Positions 8,271 to 17,228 of a stretch of 64,000 nt of DNA are shown in pieces. A model generated the notes under the pieces. The model had not been told where the DNA came from, did not search any database, and worked only from the letters and a program-made list of their open reading frames with translations. Position numbers and translations under genes: made by a program. This stretch comes from [Eubacterium] saphenum (GTDB lineage Bacteria > Bacillota > Clostridia > Lachnospirales > Anaerotignaceae), in contig SFGI01000013.1 in the NCBI GenBank assembly GCA_004557645.1, forward strand, positions 162 through 64,161, read 5' to 3'. How positions within the stretch are numbered: position 1 is the stretch's first letter; the number at the start of each line of letters is the position of its first letter.

Positions 8271-9548
8271 TTATTTCCAGAATTCGAAATCCAAATCATA
8301 GATATGAACAGTATCGCCTTCCTGAATGCCTTTTGCCTCCAGTGCTTCGATGATACCTTTTTCTTTCAGATATTTCTGGAAGAATGCAAAGCCTTTTTCC
8401 GTATCGATATTGGTGTAGCCAATCATCTTTTCTACACCGACACCGGAAACCACGAAATAGCCTTCTTCCACTTCTTCGATGGTGAAAGGTTCCTGATCCA
8501 CCTTCACTTCATCATATTCTTCATATTCTTCCTCGAATACGATATCTTCGGGGTATTCTCTCAGGATCTTGCCGACCTCCGTCAGCAGCTCATCCAGACC
8601 TTTGTTTGTGGCTGCGGAAATGGGGAATACTTTGTAGCCCTTTGCTTCGTAAACCTCTTTCAGTCTTGCCACATTTTCCTCGGAACCGGGAATATCGGTT
8701 TTATTTGCTGCAATGACCTGAGGGCGTTTCATCAGGTCTTCCTTATATTCCGCCAATTCTCTGTTGATCTTTTCCACGTTTTCCACAGGGTCGTCGCCTT
8801 CCACGCCGGCTGCGTCTACTACATGGATGAAAACCTTGGTACGTTCCACATGGCGCAGGAATTCATGACCCAGACCAACGCCTTCGCTGGCGCCTTCCAC
8901 CAGACCGGGAATATCCGCCAAAACGAATTTATCGCCAAATCTGCCTTCTACCACGCCCAGATTGGGGGACAATGTGGTAAAGTGATAGTTTGCGATCTTG
9001 GGGTTTGCGTTTGTTACCATGGAAAGCAGTGTGGACTTCCCAACGTTGGGGAAACCAATCAGACCAACGTCTGCGATCAGCTTCAGTTCCAGGATCACAT
9101 CATATTCCTTAGCGATTCTGCCGGGTTCTGCATATCTGGGTGCCTGTCTGGTAGGGGTTGCGAAGTGCTGATTGCCCTTGCCGCCTTTGCCGCCATAAAT
9201 CAGGATTTTTTCTTCGCCGTGGCGGGTGATATCCGCCATGACTTTACCGCTTTCCGCTTCACGGATGACTGTACCAACGGGGACTTTGATGATAACATCC
9301 TCGCCGTCTGCGCCGAAGCAGTTGCGCTTGCCGCCGGGCTCGCCGTTGGTTGCGGCGAATTTTCTTTTATAGCGGAAATCCATCAGGGTATTCATGCCGC
9401 TTTCGCCCACAAAAACAACGTTGCCGCCCTTGCCGCCGTCGCCGCCGTCGGGGCCGCCGTGGGTGATGTATTTCGCGCGGAAAAAGGAAACCTTGCCGTC
9501 GCCGCCGTTGCCGCCTTTTACATGGATCTTGACTCTATCTACAAACAT
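8271..9548 (-). CDS. obg: GTPase Obg/CgtA
   Basis: MFVDRVKIHVKGGNGGDG glycine-rich Obg fold, G1 motif GFPNVGKST, and a C-terminal OCT domain. ATG at 9548 with an upstream GGAAAGGAG. The longer ORF-track N-terminus is rejected. Confidence 0.95.
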   Translation of the reverse strand: MFVDRVKIHVKGGNGGDGKVSFFRAKYITHGGPDGGDGGKGGNVVFVGESGMNTLMDFRYKRKFAATNGEPGGKRNCFGADGEDVIIKVPVGTVIREAESGKVMADITRHGEEKILIYGGKGGKGNQHFATPTRQAPRYAEPGRIAKEYDVILELKLIADVGLIGFPNVGKSTLLSMVTNANPKIANYHFTTLSPNLGVVEGRFGDKFVLADIPGLVEGASEGVGLGHEFLRHVERTKVFIHVVDAAGVEGDDPVENVEKINRELAEYKEDLMKRPQVIAANKTDIPGSEENVARLKEVYEAKGYKVFPISAATNKGLDELLTEVGKILREYPEDIVFEEEYEEYDEVKVDQEPFTIEEVEEGYFVVSGVGVEKMIGYTNIDTEKGFAFFQKYLKEKGIIEALEAKGIQEGDTVHIYDLDFEFWK

Positions 9549-9567
9549 TTTTCCATCTCCTTTCCTA

Positions 9568-10002
9568 GCGAGGCTCTGCCTCGCGCTCCGCAAGGGAAAT
9601 TGATCAAGCATCTTTCCTTCGGAAAGACGGCTCCGCCGCCGCCTTATTCTTGGCGGTGCTCACATTCCCTTGACCCTTATACTACCCAAAACTTCGTTTT
9701 GGGTAGAACAATTTCAACTTTTTCGTCAAAAACGGAACAACATTCCGTTTCTCACGAAAAAGGCTTCAAATGATGATACCATCCATTTGAAGCCATTATG
9801 CACACAAAAATTATTTTCAAGCAGCGGAAAGGCTTGGAAAACGAAGCGTTTTCCAACTGAACTCCGCAGGGGGAATTCATTTCCACCGAGGAAAACAGTG
9901 AGTTTCAAGGCATTTATGCCGCCGGAACTCATCTGTTTATACATCTGTTTAAGCTTGTCAAAATCCTGATTTTGACAAAGGGTGTCGACTTCGTCGACAC
10001 CC
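9568..10002. repeat. Array of at least 8 different perfect short hairpins plus a 10-bp tandem repeat in the rpmA-obg spacer
   Basis: Stems/loops read directly:
- 9568-9584: GCGAGGC/TCT
- 9611-9627: TCTTTCC/TTC
- 9682-9706: CTACCCAAAAC/TTC
- 9730-9750: AAACGGAA/CAACA
- 9762-9794: GGCTTCAAATG/11-nt loop
- 9836-9854: GGAAAACG/AAG
- 9957-9976: GTCAAAAT/CCTG
- 9980-10002: GGGTGTCGAC/TTC

CATCTGTTTA is repeated at 9930-9939 and 9942-9951. The last two hairpins probably act as the rpmA terminator. Confidence 0.85.
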
Positions 10003-10014
10003 TCATTCGCAATC

Positions 10015-10305
10015 TTATTCAGCGATTTCGACAGGGTAAACAGAAACCTGTTTTTTGTCTCTGCCTTTTCTTTCATATTTCACACGGCCATCAACCAGAG
10101 CGAACAGTGTATCGTTGCCGCCCTTACCAACGTTTACGCCGGGATGGATCTTTGTGCCTCTCTGTGTGTATAAGATATTGCCAGCCAGAACGTACTGACC
10201 GTCTGCACGTTTTGCACCAAGTCTCTTAGCATTGGAGTCACGACCGTTCTTTGTGGAACCGCCGCCTTTATGGTGCGCGAAGAACTGAAGGTTCAATCTG
10301 AACAT
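10015..10305 (-). CDS. rpmA: 50S ribosomal protein L27 (with a cleavable N-terminal extension)
   Basis: [24 protein letters not shown]... is a Firmicute L27 with the Prp-cleaved leader. Confidence 0.97.
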
Positions 10306-10308
10306 GCT

Positions 10309-10641
10309 TCACACCTCCTCATGTATCAAAGTGAGATATTTGTTGTATTCTGATGCTATATCCGACAGACCCATGACCAAAGTTTCCAAAAGAAGCTGTG
10401 TATCGTGGTCTGTCATTCCCTCGAGGGGAAACAAGACTTTGAGATAACCGCCGCGTTTTTCATCCGCTTCGCATTTGAAGGGGATGTCAGTGAATCTCTC
10501 CACAGCGTTGACTGTGTTAAAACAAAGCACTGTCACCGCGGAACAAACGATATCCTCGCCTGCTACGGCATAGCCCGCATGACCGGAAATCTCAAATCCG
10601 CAGATTTTCTGATTTTTGCGATAAATCCTAGCTTTAATCAT
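10309..10641 (-). CDS. prp: Ribosomal-processing cysteine protease Prp (YsxB family)
   Basis: Located between rplU and rpmA. GHAGY...VCSAVT motif region typical of Prp. Confidence 0.9.
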   Translation of the reverse strand: MIKARIYRKNQKICGFEISGHAGYAVAGEDIVCSAVTVLCFNTVNAVERFTDIPFKCEADEKRGGYLKVLFPLEGMTDHDTQLLLETLVMGLSDIASEYNKYLTLIHEEV

Positions 10642-10647
10642 GACAAA

Positions 10648-10953
10648 TTACAGGGATTTGATCTGCAGTTTTGTGAAAGGCTGTCTGTGGCCTCTTTTTT
10701 TGTGGAAGCCTTTTTTGGGTTTGTATTTGTATACTACAACCTTTTTTGCTTTGCCGTCACCGATTACGGATGCTGTAACCGCTGCACCTTCCACGTAAGG
10801 AGCACCTACTTTGATATCGCCGTCTTTAGCCAGAACCAGAACTTTGTCGAATGTGTATTCGGAACCTGCTTCTACAGCCAGTTTTTCAACTGTGATGATA
10901 TCACCTTCGGATACTTTATACTGCTTACCGCCAGTTTCAATAATTGCGTACAT
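10648..10953 (-). CDS. rplU: 50S ribosomal protein L21
   Basis: [14 protein letters not shown]... ATG at 10953, 7 nt after GAGGAGG. Confidence 0.97.
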
Positions 10954-11045
10954 GTTGACACCTCCTCGCAATTTTACTCGCTGAATGTGGTAACCGGAGC
11001 CTTTCTCCGATTTTCTCGAACCTCTTCACGCGGCTGAACATACTC
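10954..11045 (-). promoter_or_regulatory. 5' leader of the rplU operon (candidate L21-leader-type regulatory RNA)
   Basis: About 90 nt between the predicted TSS and the rplU start, containing the hairpin CGGAG-AAAGG-CTCCG. An L21 leader is a known r-protein leader class in Firmicutes. The fold was not verified. Confidence 0.35.
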
Positions 11046-11049
11046 CAAT

Positions 11050-11078
11050 ATATTAGCACAGGAAAAACCCTCTGTCAA
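11050..11078 (-). promoter_or_regulatory. Consensus sigma-A promoter of rplU-prp-rpmA
   Basis: On the minus strand: TTGACA (11078-11073), exactly 17 nt, TAATAT (11055-11050). Confidence 0.8.
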
Positions 11079-11083
11079 CAAAT

Positions 11084-13360
11084 TTATTCTAATTTTTCGC
11101 CGTTTTTTACTGCAGAATAAGCCTTTTCGTCACCTTTTTCCTGCAGTAGACGAAGCAAGAGCGAATGTCCTTCCTTGGTCATACATTTCCCCGCCGTAGC
11201 CTGGATCTGATAGGACTGGCGCAGAGTGGATTCCGCTTTGTCCCTGCTGCCGGCTTCGGCATAAATGCGGCCCACACGGTCGCAGAGCTTCCCGAAAGAC
11301 ACCGTAAATACCCCTTCTCGGGCTCCAATGGAAAGCACACGGTCAAGTAGCGTCTCTGTATCCTTCTGATGCCCCAATTTGGCGTGGAGGGCTGCCGTTT
11401 TCAGCAGCGCCTTGGCAAAATTCTGGCTTTCCCCTTCCTTATTACGGATGGATAATGCCAATGCACTGTAATATTCCACTGCCTTCTGGGGGTCTGCATC
11501 CCCCTTTCCCTCAGGCTTGGGTGGTGTCTGGATGATCTCTTCCATTTTCTGCTGCAGGAACAGATGTCTGCGTTTTTCGTAGGTTTCATCCATGGGGAGC
11601 CCACTGCGCTTCTGTTTCGCTTCCGCTTCCGCAAAATAGGCTTCCGCCTTATCCTCGTTCCCTGCCAGTCTATGACAGTTTGCGATAGCCAGCAGATTAT
11701 TTGCCGCCGCCAGCTGTTCCTGAGCAGTTTCCTCGAAATTCACGTCATTCTTTTCCCGATACAGCTCGATGGCCTTTTCAAATTTTTTCTGTTTGATAGA
11801 AACACGGGCCAAGGCTTCCAATGTATTCAGATAGAGGGGGTTATCCTCATCCAGCATTTCCTTGCGGATCTCCGCCGTACGGGTCAGGGCTTCCTCTGCC
11901 CGTTCCAAATCTCCCGCTGTTTCATAGACCAGCCCCAGCTTTTCCAAGACCGCAGCATAACGGGGATGGTTGACCCCAAAACGGGTTTCCATGATATCCA
12001 CGCCATCCTTGCACAAGCCGATGGCCTTTTCATGCTCGCCCTGCCGCCGATAAATTTCCGCCAGCAGATGCAGACACCAGACATACATACCGCTGCTTTC
12101 ATCGCCGCAGGCTTTGCGGATTTCCAGTGCTTCCTTCACGGCTTCTTCCGCCTTTTCATAAACATTCTGCTTTTCGTAAAGCTTGCCCATGGTGGTCAGG
12201 GTATCGGCACAGGCGGTGTTTTTCCCCTCATGGATGGTTCTGCGGATGGCAAGGGCATCCTCAAAGCAGCGCAGGGCTTCGTCCGCCTTCCCCATATTAT
12301 CGTAGAGGGTGCCCATGCTCATCAGGCAGGCCGCCACCTGCGGGTCTTTTTCCCCCAGCATGGCTTTTTTCTGATTCAAAGCCTTGATATTCAAAGCAAG
12401 GGCTTTTTTGAATTCCTTTTTCCCTGCGTAATCCACGCTCAGATTATTCAGGGCATCGGCATAGAAGATATGCTCCTTCCCCAGCATCCGTTCCACGATA
12501 TCCAGCACTTCCCGATGGAGCTCCAAGGCCTTATCGTACTGCCCATCCTTGCAGCAGATGGCCGCCAGCGAATTCAGGCTGTTCATAAAATCCAGATGGT
12601 CCTCGCTCATCAGCTTTCTGCGGATATCCACAGCCTTTTCGCAGTATTCCACCGCCAGATCCATCAACCCAGCCTTTTCGCAGACAGAAGCCAAGGTCAG
12701 CACGTTAATCATGTAGTAGAAATTATCGTTGCCCCGAGCCTTTTCAATCAAATCTAAGCAAACCTCATAATAATAGATGGCTTTTTTGAAATTGCCTTTG
12801 GCATCGTAGGCTCTCGCCATAGCACCGTGCAAATCAGCCAAGTCCAGCATGGTAAATTCCTTGCACTGTCTGGCCCGCTGCAAGGCTTTGGTATGACATT
12901 CAATGGCCTTATCCGTATCCTGCAGCAATTCATATGTATTGCCCATGTGATACAGGCTGTGGATATAATCGGCATGTTCTCTGCCCAGCTTGGCATCTCG
13001 GATCTCCAATACCTTGTTATGCAGTTTCAGGGCCTCTTCCTGCCTGCCAAGGTGGTTAAAAACGATAGCCAGATTGTTCAGCGTATCCGCATAGGAAAGG
13101 CTTTCCCCGCTGTAATCCTTTTTCAGCTCTGCCGCCTTTTTATAATATTCCGCCGCCCGGTCGTAAAGCTGGACCTGATCGAAAACTACAGCCAGATTGC
13201 TCATGTCCACGGCATATTCCATGCAGTCGCAGTCATCATTCTCCACATAAATATTTAAAAGGTTTTTTCCCAGGACGATCGCCTTTTTGTAGTCCCCATT
13301 TTTATATGCTTCGAAAAATTCATTTCGTACTCTTTTGATCTCTCCGATATAAAACGCCAT
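11084..13360 (-). CDS. Large tetratricopeptide-repeat (TPR_12 / kinesin-light-chain-like) protein, 758 aa
   Basis: Repeated A-x-x-Y-x-x-A-L-x-I... 42-residue-type units run throughout. No catalytic motif was seen. The start overlaps the recX stop (TGATG). Confidence 0.8.
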   Translation of the reverse strand: MAFYIGEIKRVRNEFFEAYKNGDYKKAIVLGKNLLNIYVENDDCDCMEYAVDMSNLAVVFDQVQLYDRAAEYYKKAAELKKDYSGESLSYADTLNNLAIVFNHLGRQEEALKLHNKVLEIRDAKLGREHADYIHSLYHMGNTYELLQDTDKAIECHTKALQRARQCKEFTMLDLADLHGAMARAYDAKGNFKKAIYYYEVCLDLIEKARGNDNFYYMINVLTLASVCEKAGLMDLAVEYCEKAVDIRRKLMSEDHLDFMNSLNSLAAICCKDGQYDKALELHREVLDIVERMLGKEHIFYADALNNLSVDYAGKKEFKKALALNIKALNQKKAMLGEKDPQVAACLMSMGTLYDNMGKADEALRCFEDALAIRRTIHEGKNTACADTLTTMGKLYEKQNVYEKAEEAVKEALEIRKACGDESSGMYVWCLHLLAEIYRRQGEHEKAIGLCKDGVDIMETRFGVNHPRYAAVLEKLGLVYETAGDLERAEEALTRTAEIRKEMLDEDNPLYLNTLEALARVSIKQKKFEKAIELYREKNDVNFEETAQEQLAAANNLLAIANCHRLAGNEDKAEAYFAEAEAKQKRSGLPMDETYEKRRHLFLQQKMEEIIQTPPKPEGKGDADPQKAVEYYSALALSIRNKEGESQNFAKALLKTAALHAKLGHQKDTETLLDRVLSIGAREGVFTVSFGKLCDRVGRIYAEAGSRDKAESTLRQSYQIQATAGKCMTKEGHSLLLRLLQEKGDEKAYSAVKNGEKLE

Positions 13361-13995
13361 CAGTCCTCACCTCCATAAGCCTTGTCCATCTGCTGAAAAG
13401 CCTCCCCGATGATATCGTAGGAATAGCCCTTCCGCAGCAAAAAATCGTATAACTGTTTTTTCTTTTTTTCATTTTCCGGGGGCCATTGTCCGCGGCTTTT
13501 CTTTTCCAGCCAGCGGAAAGCATCCCCCGCTTCGTCTATTTCCGTCTCCGCCATCACTTCATCGATGATACGGGAGGAAATGCCCCGTTGTCTCAGTTCT
13601 ATTTTGAGGGCATAACCGCTCTTAGGCTTCATCCGCAGTTTTTCTCTGATATATTTGCGGCAATATTCCCTGTCATCGGCATATCCGTATTTTTCCAGAA
13701 AGGCAATAACTTCCTCAATGGTCTCCTCGGCAAATTCCTTTTCCGCCAGCTTGCGGCGGATTTCCTGCACCGTCCGCATCTTATAGCCGATGAAATGCAA
13801 AGCCGTATCCTGGGCCTTGATATAAATGAGGTTTTTGCGGATAAAATCGATGGTTTCCTCCTCCGCCTCCTGCCCTTCCTTCAGCTTGAAATACAGGATA
13901 TCCTGCATAGGCAGCGCAAAGGCATATTCGCCGTCGATGAAGATGTTGTATCTGGTCTCGTCCCGTTTCTGGGGTGTGATGGCTGTCACCAGCAT
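13360..13995 (-). CDS. recX: Recombination regulator RecX
   Basis: MLVTAITPQKRDETRYNIFIDGEYAF..., with the repeated three-helix RecX pattern (ALHFIGYKMRTVQEIRRKL, FLEKYGYADD). ATG 13995 follows GGAAGGAGG. Confidence 0.85.
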   Translation of the reverse strand: MLVTAITPQKRDETRYNIFIDGEYAFALPMQDILYFKLKEGQEAEEETIDFIRKNLIYIKAQDTALHFIGYKMRTVQEIRRKLAEKEFAEETIEEVIAFLEKYGYADDREYCRKYIREKLRMKPKSGYALKIELRQRGISSRIIDEVMAETEIDEAGDAFRWLEKKSRGQWPPENEKKKKQLYDFLLRKGYSYDIIGEAFQQMDKAYGGED

Positions 13996-14085
13996 GGCAC
14001 CGCCTCCTTCCTGTTTTCGTAAAGAATAATTATAGCATATTTTGATATAAAATGCTATCAACCAAACCGGTTTTTCCACCATATA

Positions 14086-14115
14086 CAAAAGCCTTGGGAC
14101 TTTTGTCCCAAGGCT
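14086..14115 (-). terminator. Intrinsic terminator after the GNAT gene
   Basis: AGCCTTGGGAC (14090-14100), loop TTTT, GTCCCAAGGCT (14105-14115). A T-rich tail follows on the minus strand. Confidence 0.7.
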
Positions 14116-14125
14116 CTCTCTTCGT

Positions 14126-14752
14126 TTAAAACAGTTGACCGGGCAGTTTCAGTTTTTCCTTATGGGGAAATCCTTTGTCAAAGGCTTCCACCTCTGCTTC
14201 ATCCACAAAATAGCCCTGCGGTGTTGCATATTCGCCGGTAATGCCATTCAGATATCCTGCTTTCAATTCCTTGCAAAGGAAAAAGGATGCATCTTCTCCC
14301 TCCGGCAAACCATGATAGCGGATGCCAAACTCACTGGCACAGGAAAACCCACTTTTGCCATAAAAGTCAATGTTGCCTTCAAAGCAGACTGCTCCTGCAC
14401 CAAGGGCAGCTGCTTTTTCCAAAGAATAATCCAGCAGCTTCTTGCCATAGCCCTGTCTTTTGTATGCAGGTGCGATGCAAATAGGCCCCATTGTCATGAT
14501 GGGAAGTTCTCTGCCATCATCAGTTTTGATGCTTGCTCTCATAAACATATTCTGTCCAATGATTTCCCCGTCTTTTTCCATGACAAAGTCAAGTTCAGGT
14601 ACAAAGGCAGCATCGTTTCTCAGTTGGTGCAGTACATAATGCTCCAGACACCCCGGGCGATACACATTCCAAAAGGATTCTCTTACAAGATTTTCTACCT
14701 GTGCATGGTCTTCTTTTTTCTCTAAACGAATGATATAGTCGTTTTGATTCAT
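14126..14752 (-). CDS. GNAT family N-acetyltransferase
   Basis: Acetyl-CoA-binding pattern ICIAPAYKRQGYGKKLLDYSL. Confidence 0.85.
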   Translation of the reverse strand: MNQNDYIIRLEKKEDHAQVENLVRESFWNVYRPGCLEHYVLHQLRNDAAFVPELDFVMEKDGEIIGQNMFMRASIKTDDGRELPIMTMGPICIAPAYKRQGYGKKLLDYSLEKAAALGAGAVCFEGNIDFYGKSGFSCASEFGIRYHGLPEGEDASFFLCKELKAGYLNGITGEYATPQGYFVDEAEVEAFDKGFPHKEKLKLPGQLF

Positions 14753-14985
14753 GATTTTTCCCTCCTAAAAAATTGTTGACTGTCAATATTTTGGAGGTTC
14801 GACGAAGATTGTCTGACCTCCGGTCAGCCTACAATCTCCAAGGTGTTGTTTTTCTTCAAACAGCAAATCTCCTTTAAAATAAAAATAGAATCGTTTTGTG
14901 CCGTTCAGGCTTGATGCCCTCACAGCTTTATTCTACGCTGTTTTTTCTCCTAAGTAAATAGGATTTTGCCGTAAAATCCCTTTTT

Positions 14986-15351
14986 TCAAAGATATTTCTC
15001 AAAAAATGCTTCCAATGCCGCCTTGCCTTTTTCAAACCCCTCAGGCCCTTCGCTGTGGCCCATAGCATGGATATATTCCTCATTGCTTTCTCGATAGGTC
15101 ACATGGAGGGTCCAGCTGTTGCCGCTGCACATGCACATGTCCAGCTTACAGAAATCATTCCATTCGTTTATCTTGTTTTCCCGAATGACTTTTTCCAGTT
15201 CCTCCAGTTCTTCCTCTGTCATCTGGCAGCGTTTCGCATGCATGGTGCCGTCGAATTTATCAATCCACAGCCCTTGGGCGGGGTTATAGCGATACCATTC
15301 CATGAAACCATTGGTATCACCGAATCTGAAAGAAAACGTATCAATCTTCAT
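14986..15351 (-). CDS. Hypothetical protein (121 aa)
   Basis: Clean ORF with host-like codon usage and no motif I recognise. Confidence 0.6.
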   Translation of the reverse strand: MKIDTFSFRFGDTNGFMEWYRYNPAQGLWIDKFDGTMHAKRCQMTEEELEELEKVIRENKINEWNDFCKLDMCMCSGNSWTLHVTYRESNEEYIHAMGHSEGPEGFEKGKAALEAFFEKYL

Positions 15352-15368
15352 GATATTCCTCCTTATGG

Positions 15369-15398
15369 AAAGAGCCGTCTATTCCTAGACGGCTCTTT
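15369..15398. terminator. 13-bp hairpin downstream of rny
   Basis: AAAGAGCCGTCTA, loop TTCC, TAGACGGCTCTTT. Confidence 0.7.
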
Positions 15399-15416
15399 TG
15401 GTTTCAGGTGTTAAAA

Positions 15417-16964
15417 TTATTTTGCGTATTCCACGGCTCTGGTTTCTCTTACCAGATTTACCTTGATCTGACCGGGGTATTCCAGTTCTTCTTCGATCTT
15501 CTTTGCGATTTCTCTCGCCAGAAGGGTCATACCTTCATCGGTCACATCTTCGGGTACTATCATAATTCGCAGTTCACGACCAGCCTGAATTGCGAAAGAT
15601 TTTTCAACGCCCTTGAAGCTGTCAGCGATTTCTTCCAGCTTCTGCAATCTCTTGATGTAGGATTCCAGTGTTTCGCGTCTTGCGCCGGGTCTTGCAGCGG
15701 AAATTGCATCTGCCGCCTGTACCAGCACTGCGATGATGCTCTGAGGTTCCACATCGCCATGATGGGCTTCTACCGCATTGATGACTGTGTGGTTTTCCTT
15801 ATAGCGTTTCAGCAGGCTCACGCCGATGCTGACATGGGAACCTTCCATTTCATGGTCAACACTCTTACCGATATCATGGAGCAGACCGGCACGTTTTGCC
15901 AGAATGACATCCACGCCCAGTTCGGCAGCCATCAGACCTGCCAGATGGGCAACTTCCATAGAGTGTTTCAATACATTCTGACCATAGCTTGTACGGTATT
16001 TCAATTTACCCAGCAGCTTGATCAGTTCGGGATGCAGCCCATTGACACCTGTGTCGAAGGTTGCTGCTTCGCCTTCTTCTCTGATCGTTGTTTCCACTTC
16101 TTTTCTTGCCTTTTCCACCATTTCCTCGATACGGGAAGGATGTACACGACCGTCTACGATCAGTTTTTCCAAAGCCAGTCTTGCGATCTCTCTTCTGATG
16201 GGATCGAACCCGGAAAGGATGACCGCTTCGGGTGTGTCATCGATGATCAGATCGATGCCTGTCAGTGTTTCCAAAGCACGGATATTTCTGCCTTCACGGC
16301 CGATGATACGGCCCTTCATTTCATCATTGGGCAGCTGTACTACGGAGACAGTGGTTTCTGCCACATGGTCTACCGCACAGCGCTGGATGGCATTGGCAAC
16401 AATCTCTCTGGAACGTTTGTCCGCTTCCATCTTTGCCTTGCTTTCTGTTTCCTTGATGAGCAGTGTTGCTTCGTGTTTCACATCGTTTTCTACCATAGCG
16501 AGGATATGGTTCTTCGCTTCTTCGGTAGTCAGCCCGGAGATACGCTCCAGTTCCTGAAGCTGTCTTTCTCTCAGTGCTTTTGCTTCTTCTTTCTGTCTGT
16601 CCAGTTCCTCCAGTTTCTTGGTCATATGCTCTTCTTTCTTTTCCAGAGCTTCGACCTTTCTGTCTAAAGTTTCTTCTTTCTGGAACAGACGTCTTTCATT
16701 TTTCTGAAGTTCATTTCTTCTGTCACGAACTTCTCTTTCCAGTTCATTTTTTGTCTTAATGCTCTCTTCTTTTGCTTCCAGAAGGATCTCCTTCTTCTTT
16801 GCTTCCGCTTCTTTTACCGCATCCTCCACGATCTTGCCGGCTCTTTCCTCAGCCACGCCGACCTTGCCCTCTGCGATCTTTTTACGGTAAGCGATGCCGA
16901 TTACGACACCGATCAGCAAACCGACGACAGCACAGATAATACTTATCGGATTAATGAAAAACAC
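15417..16964 (-). CDS. rny: Ribonuclease Y
   Basis: N-terminal TM helix, K/E-rich coiled coil, KH domain, and HD domain (LLHDIGK). The listed start is GTG directly after GGGAGG, so the exact start is uncertain. Confidence 0.95.
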
Positions 16965-17110
16965 CTCCCTTTATTCAGTTTTCAAAGTACAATTTTATTG
17001 TTTCATATAACCTGTAAGTAATGGCGAAAATACGCCTTTTTTATTTTATTACTTTTTCACATGCGTGTCAAGGAACAATTCAGCCCGATAAAGTGAATCT
17101 TAGGCAGAAG

Positions 17111-17149
17111 GAACAAAGAAAACGCCCGAAAATTCAGCATTTCGGACGG
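17111..17149 (-). terminator. Imperfect hairpin plus U-tract after rng
   Basis: On the minus strand: CGTCCGAAAT..ATTTTCGGGCG, followed by TTTTCTTTGTT. Confidence 0.55.
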
Positions 17150-17228
17150 TTTTCATATTTCCGCGGCAAATTTTGTCTGACATAAAAGTGATGCAATAAA
17201 ATGAAAACTTTTCAGACTTCTGACAAAA

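Noticed and set aside
8304-9773. Long plus-strand ORF opposite obg. The same applies to 15408-16667 opposite rny, 17253-18692 opposite rng, 55137-56849 opposite accC, 57952-59169 opposite fabF, 31131-32621 opposite glcK, and others.
   Set aside because: These are the same codon-aligned antisense artefact. Each overlaps a gene with clear family motifs, and none has recognisable motifs of its own.
9568-10002. Possible CRISPR array or other identical-repeat array (also considered for 47792-48064)
   Set aside because: The palindromes all differ in sequence and spacing. There is no repeated unit of constant length and no cas genes in the window.
9670-10076. 99-aa (+) and 116-aa (-) ORFs in the rpmA-obg spacer
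   Set aside because: The minus-strand ORF overlaps the rpmA 3' end out of frame. Both run through perfect hairpins, and neither has an SD or a recognisable motif. A small protein cannot be fully excluded.
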